Part shown: positions 9,779 through 19,148 of the stretch, in pieces
How the letters are laid out: every line of letters begins with the position of its first letter
How positions within the stretch are numbered: position 1 is the first letter of the stretch
IMG/VR virus record: IMGVR_UViG_3300046665_000548
Coordinates: 186,001-250,000 of that record
Length of the DNA stretch: 64,000 nt
Reading direction: 5' to 3' (one strand)
Translations under genes and position numbers: made by a program
The notes under the pieces: generated by a model
What the model saw: only the letters and a program-made list of their open reading frames with translations
What the model was told of the DNA's origin: nothing
The model's database searches: none

Positions 9779-10125
9779 GCGTTTTTAACATCATTGCTGG
9801 AGAGTTGAGATATTGCTGCGATGCGAGATCGAAGAGCATCATCGCCATTGCGGTATGCCGGGGCGAGACCGATAACCGCATCGGCAATCTTTTGGAAATC
9901 CTGGATGGACGAAGCCCCTCTGCGAACAGCAACTCGGAAACTACGGTTCAAGATAGCAGAAATTGTTTTCTGCCCGACATCATCGCCGGGAAGCTGTTGC
10001 GCGATCTCGTTTTCGGCGGTGAGGGTAACCTCTTTAAGGCCGTTCACCGTTTCATGCGACGTGACGGCGGGCTGTTTGCCCGCCTTCAAGCCAGCAAGTG
10101 CTCTAAGGCGACTCAAGTCTTCCAT
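9775..10125 (-). CDS. Hypothetical late protein (LxRLRxLAGL N-terminus)
   Basis: TAAATA 8 nt upstream; MEDLSRLRALAGLK start. Confidence 0.65.
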   Translation of the reverse strand: MEDLSRLRALAGLKAGKQPAVTSHETVNGLKEVTLTAENEIAQQLPGDDVGQKTISAILNRSFRVAVRRGASSIQDFQKIADAVIGLAPAYRNGDDALRSRIAAISQLSSNDVKNA

Positions 10126-10136
10126 AACATCCGTAT

Positions 10137-10667
10137 TTATCTCGGACCTTGGACCGTCCTAAGAGCTTCAGCCTTTTTAATCAGAGCAATACGCAGTCGC
10201 TCATATTCTTCTCTTGCCATTTGAACTGGCGCTGTCGGAATGTCAGCGCTCCCAGCAGGTATCAAGCGTTCCGGATCGAATGGACGAGTAGCGACCTTTC
10301 CGTTCCCGTAGGTCACCGTTTCCGTTTTATTTTTTACGTCGTACGTGATGGAGGCAATATCGTCCGGCTTCAGGTCCGGAGGAATTGCACCAACTGAACT
10401 GCGAGCAATTGGGAGAGGCGTTTTCTCATCACCATCGCGTTCTTCTACCTCTTGTTTGTTACGTTTAGAGCCGCTAGCCTCGTGCTTTGCGAAGCGTCCG
10501 TGCACCCATCGGCCGTTGACGCGCTTTTTGGTAAAATATGACTTGGCATCGGCAGACGTAATGAGCCCCATATCACCGTAGATCGGCAGATTGGCGCAAA
10601 ACATAACGGCTAGCGAAAGAATGCCCGCCTGGATACAACGTGTAACCCGCATATGTAAAAACCTCAC
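10137..10667 (-). CDS. Membrane-anchored/exported hypothetical protein
   Basis: Hydrophobic N-terminal segment in a 176-aa ORF. Confidence 0.55.
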   Translation of the reverse strand: MRFLHMRVTRCIQAGILSLAVMFCANLPIYGDMGLITSADAKSYFTKKRVNGRWVHGRFAKHEASGSKRNKQEVEERDGDEKTPLPIARSSVGAIPPDLKPDDIASITYDVKNKTETVTYGNGKVATRPFDPERLIPAGSADIPTAPVQMAREEYERLRIALIKKAEALRTVQGPR

Positions 10668-10735
10668 TGGTGTTGCCAGCGAGGTTTTACTCGATTTGAA
10701 AACTAATTGGAAGCCAAACCGGCTAGGAGGCGTGA

Positions 10736-10879
10736 TTACTCGCCGCCGCCGCCGCCGCTGGTCTCGCCGCCCTTATCCTTGTCGTCGCCGGTTGACGGCT
10801 TGCCCTTAGGCACGTTCGAGTAATCCGGGTTCTGTTCGAAATCTTCGCCGTTTTCGCCGCCCTTGTTCTTATCAGACAT
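10736..10879 (-). CDS. 47-aa acidic Gly-rich small protein (not in ORF track)
   Basis: MSDKNKGGENGEDFEQNPDYSNVPKGKPSTGDDKDKGGETSGGGGGE*; AAGGGAG RBS and TAAATA at 10911-10916. Confidence 0.6.
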   Translation of the reverse strand: MSDKNKGGENGEDFEQNPDYSNVPKGKPSTGDDKDKGGETSGGGGGE

Positions 10880-10941
10880 ATTACACACTCCCTTGTTGGT
10901 GGTTACCGTATATTTATCCCGCCGATATGCGTTCTACGTAA

Positions 10942-11214
10942 CTAGTCAGCAAGTTTGATGGATACGATCTCCTGGCGCACAACTCCGGCAGGGTTCGGAA
11001 TATTCCAATAGAATAGAATTTCCGCCATGTCTTTGCGCAATGCTTCAAAGACAGTAGTTCCTCGTGTAGTATGACCGTCCGCCCATTGCTGCTCATAGTC
11101 TACTACGAAATTGTGAATCATCTTCTCGGCGGAAATGGCTTCGGCGTTCAACATCGAAAAGCTCCTCACAATGTGTATATTAAAGAAATACCTCGCAACT
11201 CGACCGTAGGTCAA
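10942..11214 (-). CDS. Hypothetical protein
   Basis: ORF track; start uncertain. Confidence 0.45.
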   Translation of the reverse strand: MTYGRVARYFFNIHIVRSFSMLNAEAISAEKMIHNFVVDYEQQWADGHTTRGTTVFEALRKDMAEILFYWNIPNPAGVVRQEIVSIKLAD

Positions 11215-11349
11215 AATGAAACCCGGTCTATCCGGGGCTGCGAGGGGGAAAAAATTTGGTAATCTGAAGGCGGGATATTTAGTCGAACTCCAATCGGTTT
11301 TAGGTAGGATAATTTGACGAGATTTCGGTGATTCGTTACGGTCAGATAT

Positions 11350-11893
11350 ATGGCAGACAGTATGCGCGAATACATCGAGAAATACGCACTGACACGAGCG
11401 CCAAAGGACAAGCCATTCAAGTTGGCTGCCGGTGGCGAGACCTCGTATTACGTCAACATGCGCAACGTGCCGTTGTGCGATGGTGACGCCTGTCGCCTTG
11501 TCGGATCAGGTCTCCGCACGCTCGTTCCGCACGGCGTCACATATGTTGGTGGAGTACCCACGGCTGGTTTGCTGCTGATCCCGCCTCTCCTGATGGCAGA
11601 TGGCAGAGGACACCTTGAAGGGGTTCTACGTTCGCAAGACTCAGAAGGATTACGGATTGGGCTTGCAGATCGAAGGTTACATTGGGCATGACGCTGGGGC
11701 TGCCTTGCTTGAAGACACAGTGACCACAGGCAAATCAATTCTTGAGGCAGCACTGGCGGTTCGCGCGGCTGGCTATGAGATCAACTATGCCTTGGCTCTT
11801 TTCGACCGTGAGGAAGGAGCAAAAGACAATCTGGCGCGAGAGGGAATCGAATTACGTTCCCTCTACAAAGCCAGCGATTTCAACCTATCGTGA
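11350..11893 (+). pseudogene. pyrE: Orotate phosphoribosyltransferase split by a 7-nt tandem duplication
   Basis: The N-half has FKLAAGGETSYYVNMR; the C-half has YVRKTQKDYG and LLEDTVTTGKSI (PRPP-binding). ATGGCAG is duplicated at 11593-11606, and removing one copy fuses the frames. Confidence 0.8.
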
Positions 11894-12235
11894 CGCGCGG
11901 ACGTAAGCTGGTTGCAAATTTCCGGACCACTCGACGTGCGGTGTTTTAGCGCGTCTTCCACCACTACTAATACGCCAAATCTTTGGACGACGATTGCCAC
12001 GCTCTGGAGTCGGCTGCCCCCAACGGCTGCGAACCAGTCCTTCTTCTTCGAGTTCATCGAGTTTCGAATATAGCCTCCAAAGCGAAATGCCTGGGGGCCA
12101 AACCTTCGCGATCCCGTAGTAGAAATCTAGAGACGTGCGCTCTGAACCTAGCGGGAGATCGGCCAAGATGAAGCTTTCAAGCTCCAAATCAGTCGGTATT
12201 CCTCGCCACTTACGATAAACGTCGAGTAGACCCAT
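11885..12235 (-). CDS. PadR-like winged-helix transcription regulator
   Basis: LYSKLDELEEEGLVRSRW...RRPKIWRIS. Confidence 0.7.
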   Translation of the reverse strand: MGLLDVYRKWRGIPTDLELESFILADLPLGSERTSLDFYYGIAKVWPPGISLWRLYSKLDELEEEGLVRSRWGQPTPERGNRRPKIWRISSGGRRAKTPHVEWSGNLQPAYVRASR

Positions 12236-12605
12236 TGGTCTCTGTTCCTAAGATTTGGATGGCCTTGTTTAAGCCACGAGCAGTGGGTTGGATCAGAGGC
12301 GTGCCACCGTTCGCATAGAGGGCTGCGCTAATGACATTCAGAACCCATTCGACTTGGGCCTCGTAGAGACGCCAGTACCAATAATCGGCACGGCGTTCAA
12401 CCCTAGCCCACTGGGTTCTCTCCGTCGCATACCGATGAATTGTCAGCAGTTGATCTGTCTGCTGTGCTCGACATGCCTCGAAGCCATCCAGAGCGCCTTC
12501 ACGCTTCATCGATTGATCAGGTCGAAGGTATTCCGTACGAACCTCGTCCTGACCATCATCGATGATTGCGTTCAGAAAATCCACGTATGGCATGCCGCTA
12601 GTCAT
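12210..12605 (-). CDS. Hypothetical protein
   Basis: 131-aa ORF in an early-promoter operon. Confidence 0.6.
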   Translation of the reverse strand: MTSGMPYVDFLNAIIDDGQDEVRTEYLRPDQSMKREGALDGFEACRAQQTDQLLTIHRYATERTQWARVERRADYWYWRLYEAQVEWVLNVISAALYANGGTPLIQPTARGLNKAIQILGTETNGSTRRLS

Positions 12606-12613
12606 GGGCGACC

Positions 12614-12781
12614 TCAGCGCAAGAAGGCGAAATCCATATTTCGCTTGCGACCTTCCTTCGCGGCCAGTTCGGCATAATCACGCCGCCCAGCAGACTTCTC
12701 TTTCTGATAGACGCCCTCGACCTGCTGATTCGTGCAGTTGGCAAGATAGCTATTGAACTCTTGGGTGTCATTTGCGGTCAT
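12614..12781 (-). CDS. Small hypothetical early protein
   Basis: GAGGA RBS; first gene after the early promoter at 12804-12831. Confidence 0.6.
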   Translation of the reverse strand: MTANDTQEFNSYLANCTNQQVEGVYQKEKSAGRRDYAELAAKEGRKRNMDFAFLR

Positions 12782-12920
12782 TGCGTCCTCATGTGTGAGC
12801 AGCAGACTATACTGAAAAAACAATTCGTCAAGCGTTTTTAGTCGGAGAAATCACCTAGAGGATAACTTCCCTAGTATTGCAATAAATACATTACACTTCT
12901 TTGGGAAAGGAATTTTAACT

Positions 12921-13751
12921 ATGGGCCGTGGATTACATCCTCGCTTGTTCAGTGCCTACACAGGCGCTAATAAGCAGCTTCGCGTCTCTTCCTGCTGGAT
13001 CGCAGGCGAGGGCAGCGCAAACACTACATCTTACATCGTTCGTCAGACCGGCGAGAGCACTTTCGTCGTGAAGAACACAGCAACCGGTAATACGGGCGCA
13101 GTTCGTCTTCAGGCAGCAAACGTCACAGCAGCCGGTCAGGCCGTCATCAACGTCGATCCTGTCGGCGCTGGTACAGGCGCAACCGTTACCGCTCGTATGC
13201 GCGCCAAGTCTGCTGTTGTTGTCAACGGCGGCACCTCTGGCTACGCAGTAGCCGACACCATCACCCTGGCTGGCGGCACCTCGACCACCGCTGCTATCCT
13301 CACGGTTGCGTCGGTTGACGGTAGCGGCAAGATTCTTACCGCAACGGTAAGCACCGCTGGTAGCTACTCCGTTCTTCCGGCAAACCCGGTAGCACAGGGC
13401 TCCAGGACTGGTACTGGTGTTGGTACCCCGACATTCACCGTGACTTGGGAAGTTCTGTCCTACACGGTTGGTGCTGGCGGTTCGGCATACGTCAACGCAG
13501 TCGCTGATATCTCCGGCGACGGCGGCGCAACCGCAACTGTCACTGTGACCACTGGAGCAGTTTCTGCGGTGGCTCCTGGTGATCGCGGAACGTTCACCAC
13601 GATCCCAACCGTCACGATCATCGGTTCGGCCGCGACAGAGCACGCAAAGCGCTTCTCTGGTCATCGCGTCGTCACGTTCGAAGGCAACGCTTATCCGTGG
13701 CACGAGGATGGTTCTTCTGGTGCAGGCGAAGCAGAGCTTCCCCTCCTCTAA
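12921..13751 (+). CDS. Virion structural protein (Gly/Thr/Ala/Val-rich beta protein)
   Basis: AATAAATA late promoter at 12883, AAAGGA RBS, low-complexity beta-type composition, own terminator. Confidence 0.65.
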   Translation: MGRGLHPRLFSAYTGANKQLRVSSCWIAGEGSANTTSYIVRQTGESTFVVKNTATGNTGAVRLQAANVTAAGQAVINVDPVGAGTGATVTARMRAKSAVVVNGGTSGYAVADTITLAGGTSTTAAILTVASVDGSGKILTATVSTAGSYSVLPANPVAQGSRTGTGVGTPTFTVTWEVLSYTVGAGGSAYVNAVADISGDGGATATVTVTTGAVSAVAPGDRGTFTTIPTVTIIGSAATEHAKRFSGHRVVTFEGNAYPWHEDGSSGAGEAELPLL

Positions 13752-13760
13752 CAATTCTAA

Positions 13761-14081
13761 TCAGGAAGGCGGCTTCGGAGCCGCCTTCTTTCTTTCTACT
13801 GTATCCCAACGCAGCTTCACGTAGATCGCATCTGTCTCAGACATAACAGTGACTTCTTTACCGAGTGTGTACCATCGAACATGCACTTGCCCGTCACCGA
13901 TCATATGACGCCCGCCAAATTGCTCGGTGCACCAGTCAACGAATTCGTCCCAATTCCGTGACGCATGATACGTCGCAGGCAAGAAGCAATGCCCCACTGT
14001 CGGGATGATTTCGTGAACGAGCACAAAATTCATTTCGATACCGATGTCAGCACTCCGAAAACATTTTTCAAAGGCGTCCAA
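13761..14081 (-). CDS. Small protein of the dispersed W..F..DA..FKLxW paralog family
   Basis: FVDWCTEQFGG...SETDAIYVKLRWD. Confidence 0.65.
   Translation of the reverse strand: MDAFEKCFRSADIGIEMNFVLVHEIIPTVGHCFLPATYHASRNWDEFVDWCTEQFGGRHMIGDGQVHVRWYTLGKEVTVMSETDAIYVKLRWDTVERKKAAPKPPS
13765..13796. terminator. Intrinsic terminator between convergent genes
   Basis: GAAGGCGGC-TTCGGA-GCCGCCTTC followed by a T-rich run. Confidence 0.85.
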
Positions 14082-14335
14082 CCGTTCACGAAACCTTTGT
14101 TGTTGGATATCTGAACCTGATCAGGCTTCACACCAGTAATGATGTGCAAATAATGCTTACCCTTCACCTTACAAAGAACGATTTGTCCAGTAATAAGAAC
14201 AGTAGTTCCTACAGGAACTACTGTGCAGAGTTCACCGCTCTTGATAAGAGGAACCATGGAATTGCCGCGCGGTCGAAAGCTAACTGTTTCTCCGGCGTTT
14301 AGCTTAGTGATGTGATGGGTTGCCCAGGTGCTCAT
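14030..14335 (-). CDS. Peptidase S24/S26-like protein
   Basis: SFRPRGNSMVPLIKSGE (catalytic Ser in GNSM); YLHII where the general base usually sits. Confidence 0.65.
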   Translation of the reverse strand: MSTWATHHITKLNAGETVSFRPRGNSMVPLIKSGELCTVVPVGTTVLITGQIVLCKVKGKHYLHIITGVKPDQVQISNNKGFVNGWTPLKNVFGVLTSVSK

Positions 14336-14577
14336 ATAAGCTCTTTAGCATCAAAACGACGGTAATTTCCAGTCGTGAATTGGTAGCGTGGTGCTGATTT
14401 AAATGAATAAATCGCATTTTGTTACGAAAAAATGAATTTCGATTAAATTTATCTGGTTGACCGGGGAACAAAACGCATTTAGTCGTTCGGAGGCCGGGAC
14501 CTAATCCCCTAAATCCTGACATGGCGGCTCATTAAGCCGAAAGGCGTCCATTCATTGCGGGGCAACAGGATTTTGTA

Positions 14578-16074
14578 ATGAGCCGATCAGCCCTGAGGGT
14601 ATTGCCCTCTCACAAACAATTTGTCCTGGCTCCTTCTTCACAAGCTCTCGGGACTAGCTTTTCGATTATGAAGACTCCGCATTCTAACCGCGCAGTGGAC
14701 CTCGCTAGCTCACAAGACGCCCCGTGGTTCGGTGATATCCTCGATGCTATCCCAGTCGCGGTCTGTAGGACCGACGCCAAGGGACGGCTAACCTATCTCA
14801 ACCAAGCTGCTGCTGATTTTGCCGGTATGGAGTCTAAATTAGGCGACACGCTTTGGAATGGTTTGCACAAAATTTACACCATGGCCGGTTTGCCTATTAC
14901 TCTTAAAAATTGCCCGATGGCAGTTTCTTTGAAGGAAGGAAGGGCGATACATGGGGCCGAAGCTCAATGCCAGCGCAAAGATGGCAGCCTGTTTCCTGTT
15001 CTCGTCTATTCAACGCCAATTTTCGACCGGCACGGGAAAGTTACTGGCGCGGTCCATATGCTTGTGGATGTCAGCGAACGTCATGCAACTTCCCGGTTTC
15101 TTACCCTTGCAGAGAAGCGTCTTCAGACAACGTATGATGTCGTGAGCGTTGGTATTGCCGAAACCGATGGGGCGGGACGTTTTTTGAACGCTAACCAGCG
15201 CGTCATAGACAACACCGGCCTTAGCCTAGATCAACTCAAAAACATGACGTTTTTCGATCTCTGTTCTCCCGAGGATCGCAACATCGAGCGTGAAAATTAC
15301 GAAAACCTGATCAAGGGCGACATCCTCAGCTACACTCTGGAAAGAAAGACCGCATTCACCCAAAATCTTTGGTTTCGGGTGACGACCAACGCGGTATGCG
15401 ATGACCACGGTCGGTTTATGTACGCGGTAAGGGTTTCGAGCGACATCACGAAACGCATGAAAGCAGAGGAAAAGCAGAGACTTCTGCTTAACGAATTGAA
15501 CCATCGTGTGAAAAACACTTTGGCGACGATTCAATCCATTGCGTTTCAGACCGCAAGAGCTACCACGGAACCAAAGGAATTCAAAAAAGCTTTCGAAGGA
15601 AGGCTTCTTGGCATCTCGCAAACTCACGATCTCCTCACGTCATCGGGATGGGAGGGGGCAACTCTGGCCGATGTGGTTCGAGCCGAGCTTATGCCATTTC
15701 ACGGCGAAGACACTCTGAGATGGGTCATGAGCGGGCCATCCGTAAATCTGGTTCCGGCATCGGTTGTTTCACTTGGTATGGTGATCCACGAACTAGCCAC
15801 CAACGCGATCAAATACGGCGCGCTGTCTGATGCGGACGGACAGGTGGACGTGACGTGGAATTTTACCAGAAAAGGACCAGAGGGGCGACGGCTGAAGCTT
15901 CGATGGATCGAGTTTGACGGCCCACCGGTCGTCAAGCCAACGCGCCAGGGCTTTGGTTCGAAGTTGTTTCGAAGCCTAGCTCGTCAACTTGATGCCAAGT
16001 TGGATGTCGAGTACGCACCGAGTGGAGTCCGTTGTTTGCTCGACATCCCGGTCGAGTCAATCACTGCGACCTAA
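14578..16074 (+). CDS. PAS-PAS-HWE histidine kinase (start may be downstream)
   Basis: ELNHRVKNTLA H-box, HELATNAIKYGALS N-box, RWIEFDGP (WxE) and GFGS G-box; two PAS/PAC domains. Confidence 0.92.
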   Translation: MSRSALRVLPSHKQFVLAPSSQALGTSFSIMKTPHSNRAVDLASSQDAPWFGDILDAIPVAVCRTDAKGRLTYLNQAAADFAGMESKLGDTLWNGLHKIYTMAGLPITLKNCPMAVSLKEGRAIHGAEAQCQRKDGSLFPVLVYSTPIFDRHGKVTGAVHMLVDVSERHATSRFLTLAEKRLQTTYDVVSVGIAETDGAGRFLNANQRVIDNTGLSLDQLKNMTFFDLCSPEDRNIERENYENLIKGDILSYTLERKTAFTQNLWFRVTTNAVCDDHGRFMYAVRVSSDITKRMKAEEKQRLLLNELNHRVKNTLATIQSIAFQTARATTEPKEFKKAFEGRLLGISQTHDLLTSSGWEGATLADVVRAELMPFHGEDTLRWVMSGPSVNLVPASVVSLGMVIHELATNAIKYGALSDADGQVDVTWNFTRKGPEGRRLKLRWIEFDGPPVVKPTRQGFGSKLFRSLARQLDAKLDVEYAPSGVRCLLDIPVESITAT

Positions 16075-16230
16075 CAGGGTGACCTCTCCAAATGCCCCGT
16101 GCGGATGATACGGGTCGTTTGGATCAAGGCTGCGCAAGCGAGCGATTTCAGCCGCTTGCTTTCGTATTTTCCAAACAGATACTCCCAACAAGACAAGAAG
16201 CACGATAGAAATTACATCTGAAATAGACAT

Positions 16231-16245
16231 TTAACTGTTCCTTAA
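16231..16245. promoter_or_regulatory. Putative CtrA-binding site
   Basis: TTAA-CTGTTCC-TTAA (TTAA-N7-TTAA) in an intergenic AT-rich stretch. Confidence 0.5.
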
Positions 16246-16292
16246 GGTTTCTGGATCATTGTGAAAATAGGAAGCATTTTAAGGAGTTTTTC

Positions 16293-16460
16293 ATGAGCCC
16301 GTATCTTCGTCGTCCCTGTGCTACGCCAGAGCAAGCACGTGATCGCTTGCTGCAAGAAGCAAAGTATTTGACCGAAGCGGGGCTCATGGATTTAGCAAAG
16401 GAAAGGCAGATCGACGCGGTTCGTCTCGAAAACTACATGAGACATTGCCCATCTGTTTGA
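16293..16460 (+). CDS. 55-aa small protein (not in ORF track)
   Basis: AAGGAG RBS; MSPYLRRPCATPEQARDRLLQEAKYL...; overlaps the 3' end of the convergent GNAT gene. Confidence 0.45.
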   Translation: MSPYLRRPCATPEQARDRLLQEAKYLTEAGLMDLAKERQIDAVRLENYMRHCPSV

Positions 16461-16896
16461 GAGCATAGGCGTTGGGTCCAAACTCAACCCCTTGATCGAA
16501 CCAATCAGAGGTCCTGCCAAAGCCCATTCTCTCGTAATATGGCATCGCGCTCTGACGCGGGATCGTCCAAAGGTTCGCACATTGGTGAGCGACGGCGCTG
16601 TTCTCTAGGGCGTTCATTAGAGCCCGCCCATACCCCCGGCCGGTAACTTGGGGATCGACCCACACACCACGGCTCCTGAACCATCCAGGGGCCGTTTGAA
16701 ACCCACTAATCACGCCAACGATTTCCTGGTTCTCTTCAGCGACGAAGAAGACCGGCTTATATTTGTAGATGTCCATGTCGTAGCCGCCGAGATAGGCCAT
16801 CGAACTTATAGGTTTGATTGGCGTCTCTCGGCCCGGCCACAGCTTGTCTCGCCAGAACGGCAAGACTGTATCAAAATCAGATTCGCGAACGATCAC
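16384..16896 (-). CDS. GNAT-family acetyltransferase
   Basis: RGVWVDPQVTGRGYGRAL and YYERMGF. Confidence 0.85.
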   Translation of the reverse strand: MIVRESDFDTVLPFWRDKLWPGRETPIKPISSMAYLGGYDMDIYKYKPVFFVAEENQEIVGVISGFQTAPGWFRSRGVWVDPQVTGRGYGRALMNALENSAVAHQCANLWTIPRQSAMPYYERMGFGRTSDWFDQGVEFGPNAYALKQMGNVSCSFRDEPRRSAFPLLNP

Positions 16897-17831
16897 TGAC
16901 TCTCGCCGGGGAGAGTCTTGCGGTACTGGACAAAACCAGAAAAGTTTCCGTGCAGTTCTCCGAGTACCCAGGCATTTTCGCCTTCAACGAATCTATCAGG
17001 GAATGCCTGATGCTCGGCCGGGGAGGCGTGCAGCGGGACCGCATCCAAAAGCCTATCGTACAAGCCTACGTCCTTCTCGAATGTAGTCTCCGCACCATCA
17101 TGAAGCTTGTAGCTGGTGCGCGCGCAACGGGCGACGCTGACCCGAATAAGAAGATCAGTGACATGATCGGCCACGTACGGGTTTATAGTCAGCGCGTAGG
17201 TTTGGTTTGCAACCGCCTCCCTAGCCGCAACAATGTCATCCTCTCGAACGTATGGTAGGTGCCACTGGTCATATTCGAGTTGATTGGGTACTGATTCTTG
17301 ATGAGCCGCATACATCGCATCAGCAAGAGCTTTGATTTCAGGCTGAGCGTCTTCGTGACGGCGTAGTGCGTAAAAGTTTGACCAGTTGGTCGAGGTAATA
17401 CACACGTTCATATGCATGAACGGTTCGAGAATACGGTTGACTATCTGCTTGTGATATCCAGCACCATCAAAAGCACGGGCTACCTCAACGGCCTTGTCTC
17501 TAGCACGAAGCCATGCTTCGAGATGTGTATAAGGTCCCTGTGAACATGCACAGGCAGAGTCGCCCGGAAGAAAGATTGCGGCGTCATGCTCTTCTTTCGC
17601 CTGCATCCCCGGAATGTTCTTTCCCCAATGAATTGGCATCGCTGGATCGAGAAGAACGTCTTCGACAACCTTTTTGACGGGGATTGCGCGAGAGCTTGAT
17701 GAGTTTCTGGAAAACACTCGATGAGTCATCAGTTCCCCATGTATAAAACGGGGATACCGAACCTGCATCGTCGTGATACGCTCACCCAAAGGGGAACGGC
17801 TGTCGCAAATTATCTTTGCTAAAATTGTCAT
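16893..17831 (-). CDS. thyX: FAD-dependent thymidylate synthase
   Basis: RFIHGELMTHRVFSRNSSSSRAIP (RHRxxSxxxxSxR-like), LRRHEDAQPEI, LHASPAEH. Confidence 0.9.
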   Translation of the reverse strand: MTILAKIICDSRSPLGERITTMQVRYPRFIHGELMTHRVFSRNSSSSRAIPVKKVVEDVLLDPAMPIHWGKNIPGMQAKEEHDAAIFLPGDSACACSQGPYTHLEAWLRARDKAVEVARAFDGAGYHKQIVNRILEPFMHMNVCITSTNWSNFYALRRHEDAQPEIKALADAMYAAHQESVPNQLEYDQWHLPYVREDDIVAAREAVANQTYALTINPYVADHVTDLLIRVSVARCARTSYKLHDGAETTFEKDVGLYDRLLDAVPLHASPAEHQAFPDRFVEGENAWVLGELHGNFSGFVQYRKTLPGESQ

Positions 17832-17877
17832 GAAATGTCCTGAATAAGAAATTGGTAATTGTAGTAGCGAAAGATAA

Positions 17878-18141
17878 TCAGCTAAATGCGCCGGTTTCTT
17901 TGAGGTAATCCTCTTCACCGGACATCTTCAAAAATGTGAGAAAGCGTTCCCACTCTGACTGAAGCGTTGGATTTTCGAGTATCTGCTTTTGGAGATCGTT
18001 ATAGAACCTAGCAGGCATCCTCAATCTTTCGATGTCGCGATACTGCTGATCTAATTTCTGTTGCAACTGAGCGTTATCCGCGCGAAGCTTTGAAATAAGC
18101 TCTGCCTGCTTTTCAATCATCATGTCGCTCTGGTCACGCAT
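17878..18141 (-). CDS. Coiled-coil hypothetical protein
   Basis: Heptad-rich 87-aa ORF. Confidence 0.6.
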   Translation of the reverse strand: MRDQSDMMIEKQAELISKLRADNAQLQQKLDQQYRDIERLRMPARFYNDLQKQILENPTLQSEWERFLTFLKMSGEEDYLKETGAFS

Positions 18142-18197
18142 GGCCGTCCCTCATCAATACTGATGGATGTGAGATTAACGAACCATACGTTCTAGGT

Positions 18198-18509
18198 CTA
18201 TTTCTTCGCCGCCATATTAAAGCGACGATTGACCTCATCGTAGATGTAGTTGACCTGAGTAGCGATAGCTTTGCGCATCTTCTTCACATTCAACACCACG
18301 CGTGCTTCAGCGATCTGATGAAGCTCGGGGTTCTTCAGCATCTCTTCAAGCTCTTTTCCTTTGACCAGCTTTGTCGTGCCTTGGAAGTCTGTGATCTTGG
18401 CCATCACAATATATTCCGGCGGCACTTCTTCGGGGTCAAGGCGGCTTATAATATCATCGAGAACGTCGGTAGGCGTCATGTCTGCTCCAGCGACAATATT
18501 TTCATTCAT
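18198..18509 (-). CDS. Hypothetical late protein
   Basis: TAAATA at 18512-18517 immediately before ATG 18509. Confidence 0.6.
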   Translation of the reverse strand: MNENIVAGADMTPTDVLDDIISRLDPEEVPPEYIVMAKITDFQGTTKLVKGKELEEMLKNPELHQIAEARVVLNVKKMRKAIATQVNYIYDEVNRRFNMAAKK

Positions 18510-18592
18510 GTTATTTACTCCAACCCATTGATCACATGGATGTTTAGTAAGCGCATAGAAAAGGGCGCGATATGCGCCCTTCGCTCCGCGAA

Positions 18593-18883
18593 TTAATCTT
18601 CGTCGGTCAGGCCGGATGAGCACAGCATCAGTGTAAGCTGATACATTTCCCAGGCTGATTTGACTGTGGGGTACGAATCTCGAAGACGTTTATCGGACGT
18701 GTTTTGCTTGATAAAATCCGCAATATCACCTCCGGTCAAAGTGTGCTCATTGATTGTGAGCGATCCACTGATTTGGAGATGGCCTTGAACGCGGAGGTCA
18801 CCCTTGCACGTCATACTACTGGCAGTAGGATTGATACAAAGCGTCCCGTTTCCCGTTACAAGAACGCTGCTACCGCCACTCAT
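18593..18883 (-). CDS. Hypothetical protein
   Basis: ATGA-coupled ORF. Confidence 0.55.
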   Translation of the reverse strand: MSGGSSVLVTGNGTLCINPTASSMTCKGDLRVQGHLQISGSLTINEHTLTGGDIADFIKQNTSDKRLRDSYPTVKSAWEMYQLTLMLCSSGLTDED

Positions 18884-19143
18884 CTAAAATCTTTCTTCAT
18901 GATCGTATCGCTATGCTCAAGAGCGGCGATAATCACGGCGGCAGCTTTTATGAGACTGGCTTCGAATGCAGCCTTGTCGGGGAAATTTCCACCACGACGA
19001 ACGTTTTCATTGAGATAGTGGGAAGCGATTGCCGCCCAATCATTCGGTGTATTACGGGCATCGAATTCAGAGCCCGGCAGATTGAACTGCCGGACCCGTT
19101 CTTCTCTAATCCGCTCTACGATCTCGTCGCGGCGGCTCGTCAT
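18880..19143 (-). CDS. Small all-alpha hypothetical protein
   Basis: 87-aa ORF in an operon. Confidence 0.55.
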   Translation of the reverse strand: MTSRRDEIVERIREERVRQFNLPGSEFDARNTPNDWAAIASHYLNENVRRGGNFPDKAAFEASLIKAAAVIIAALEHSDTIMKKDFR

Positions 19144-19148
19144 ATCCG

